64,000 bases of DNA, from NCBI GenBank assembly GCA_017464805.1, contig JAFTYE010000003.1, forward strand, positions 10,259 through 74,258, read 5' to 3'. The notes under the pieces were generated by a model. The model was not told the DNA's origin, did not search any database, and saw nothing but the letters and a program-made list of their open reading frames with translations. Of this stretch, positions 63,268 through 64,000 are shown piece by piece (position 1 is the first letter of the stretch; each line of letters opens with the position of its first letter). The translations under genes were made by a program, and so were the position numbers. This DNA comes from Clostridia bacterium. GTDB lineage: Bacteria; Bacillota; Clostridia; Oscillospirales; CAG-272.

Positions 63268-64000
63268 ATGAAACGTTTGATTGCCATTCTCATGCTGGCT
63301 TGCACGCTGTTTATGCTGTGCGCCTGCCCGGGAGACGGCCCCGTCGAGCCTCCCGTCGGCGGCGACGTGTGTGATGTATGCGGCAAGAATCCCTGTGAGT
63401 GTCCCGACGACACAGACCCCAAATGTCCCACCTGCGGACAGAACCCCTGCGTTTGTCCGCCTCCCGCTGTGGTTGTAGATCCCGTCTACGCCCGGACCTA
63501 TCCTTATACGGATGACGAGGGTGTGGTGCATATCCGCTATCAGGATACCTATAATTTCGGCCGTGATATTCAGGAGATCACCGATGTCGTGATCACCTCC
63601 ACCGTCACCGGCACCACCGAGAAGGACGCGAATCTGCTCGTTGAGCAGAAGGACGGTCAGTCGGTCTACGCGGACGGTTGCGGCACCGCGACCGTCAAAT
63701 TTCGCGGCAATCAGGTGGTAAAGATCCAAGTCGACCCCTCCCCCATCAATATGCTGTTCGTGACCGGTCAGTCCAATGCCTCGGGAGACCCCCAGAGCGG
63801 TCTGAAGCCCGGTTTTTCCAGCCAGTATGCGGATGACTACATTCGTTCTCCTGAAACCATGGCCTACCTGACCTGGACGGGTCAGCAGGTGTCCATCGAT
63901 CCCGAGGGCGACCTCGAGGATTACACCTGGGCGTGGAACAACGGCGGCACGCTGTGGCCCGCCACCTCTCCTGCGCAGATCAAATTTATCGACTACAAAA
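63268..64000 (+). CDS. lipoprotein, 3' end beyond window; Cys-rich linker plus possible SGNH/DUF303-type esterase domain
   Basis: The ORF is open to the window end and so is absent from the track. AAAGGAGAAAAG RBS; MKRLIAILMLACTLFMLCAC lipobox; a duplicated CxxCGxNPCxCP motif; and a GQSNASG block resembling the GQSN motif of sialate O-acetylesterase-like SGNH hydrolases. Confidence 0.6.
   Translation, partial: MKRLIAILMLACTLFMLCACPGDGPVEPPVGGDVCDVCGKNPCECPDDTDPKCPTCGQNPCVCPPPAVVVDPVYARTYPYTDDEGVVHIRYQDTYNFGRDIQEITDVVITSTVTGTTEKDANLLVEQKDGQSVYADGCGTATVKFRGNQVVKIQVDPSPINMLFVTGQSNASGDPQSGLKPGFSSQYADDYIRSPETMAYLTWTGQQVSIDPEGDLEDYTWAWNNGGTLWPATSPAQIKFIDYK

Noticed and set aside
63214-63729. The minus-strand ORF 63214..63729 (171 aa) as the gene in this region.
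   Set aside because: The plus strand carries an RBS-preceded lipoprotein ORF (63268 onward, open to the window end) with a lipobox and structured motifs. The minus ORF is a Gly/Arg/His-rich shadow frame.

Overview
64-kb chromosomal window from a high-GC (about 60% by eye) Gram-positive-type genome. GGAGG-type RBSs, lipobox lipoproteins, an AddB-type recombination gene and XRE regulators suggest Clostridia, but that is inference only. Most of it is ordinary. It holds a hexuronate-type catabolic operon (two Gfo/Idh/MocA oxidoreductases, uxuA, an SDR, a TIM-barrel isomerase), tRNA-Val(GAC), a DinG-like helicase, ppa, rnr, secG and uvrB-uvrA. It also holds a 4-gene acyltransferase/GT8 operon, malQ, a Fur-family regulator with a putative Mn transporter, hpt, pfkA, holA and addB. 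The stand-out region is 36.4-51.4 kb. It contains three paralogous cassettes, each a very large Sec-signal protein of no family I recognise followed by an unannotated 48-53 codon acidic peptide gene and a terminator. A fourth, stand-alone peptide gene lies divergent to cassette 3. All four units have the same near-consensus extended -10 promoter, are associated with a recurring TTGCACAAAA 10-mer, and share a leader-like peptide N-terminus (Y-x2-P-x-M/V ... D-D-A-I-M-x-S). Other points are: a candidate yybP-ykoY (Mn2+) riboswitch with attenuator in front of an uncharacterised 558-aa membrane protein; a 4-copy conserved palindromic terminator-like element, two copies of which bracket an AT-rich XRE/pseudogene islet; a 33-aa Cys-rich micropeptide gene after uvrA; perfect 18-bp coding tandem repeats in lipoproteins; a frameshifted NAD(P)HX dehydratase gene; a MinD-like/MgsA-like pair with degenerate catalytic motifs; and addB coupled to an atypical response-regulator-like gene with no addA downstream. 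No CRISPR array, rRNA, transposase or intact prophage was seen. All family names come from manual reading of the translations, since no searches could be run.
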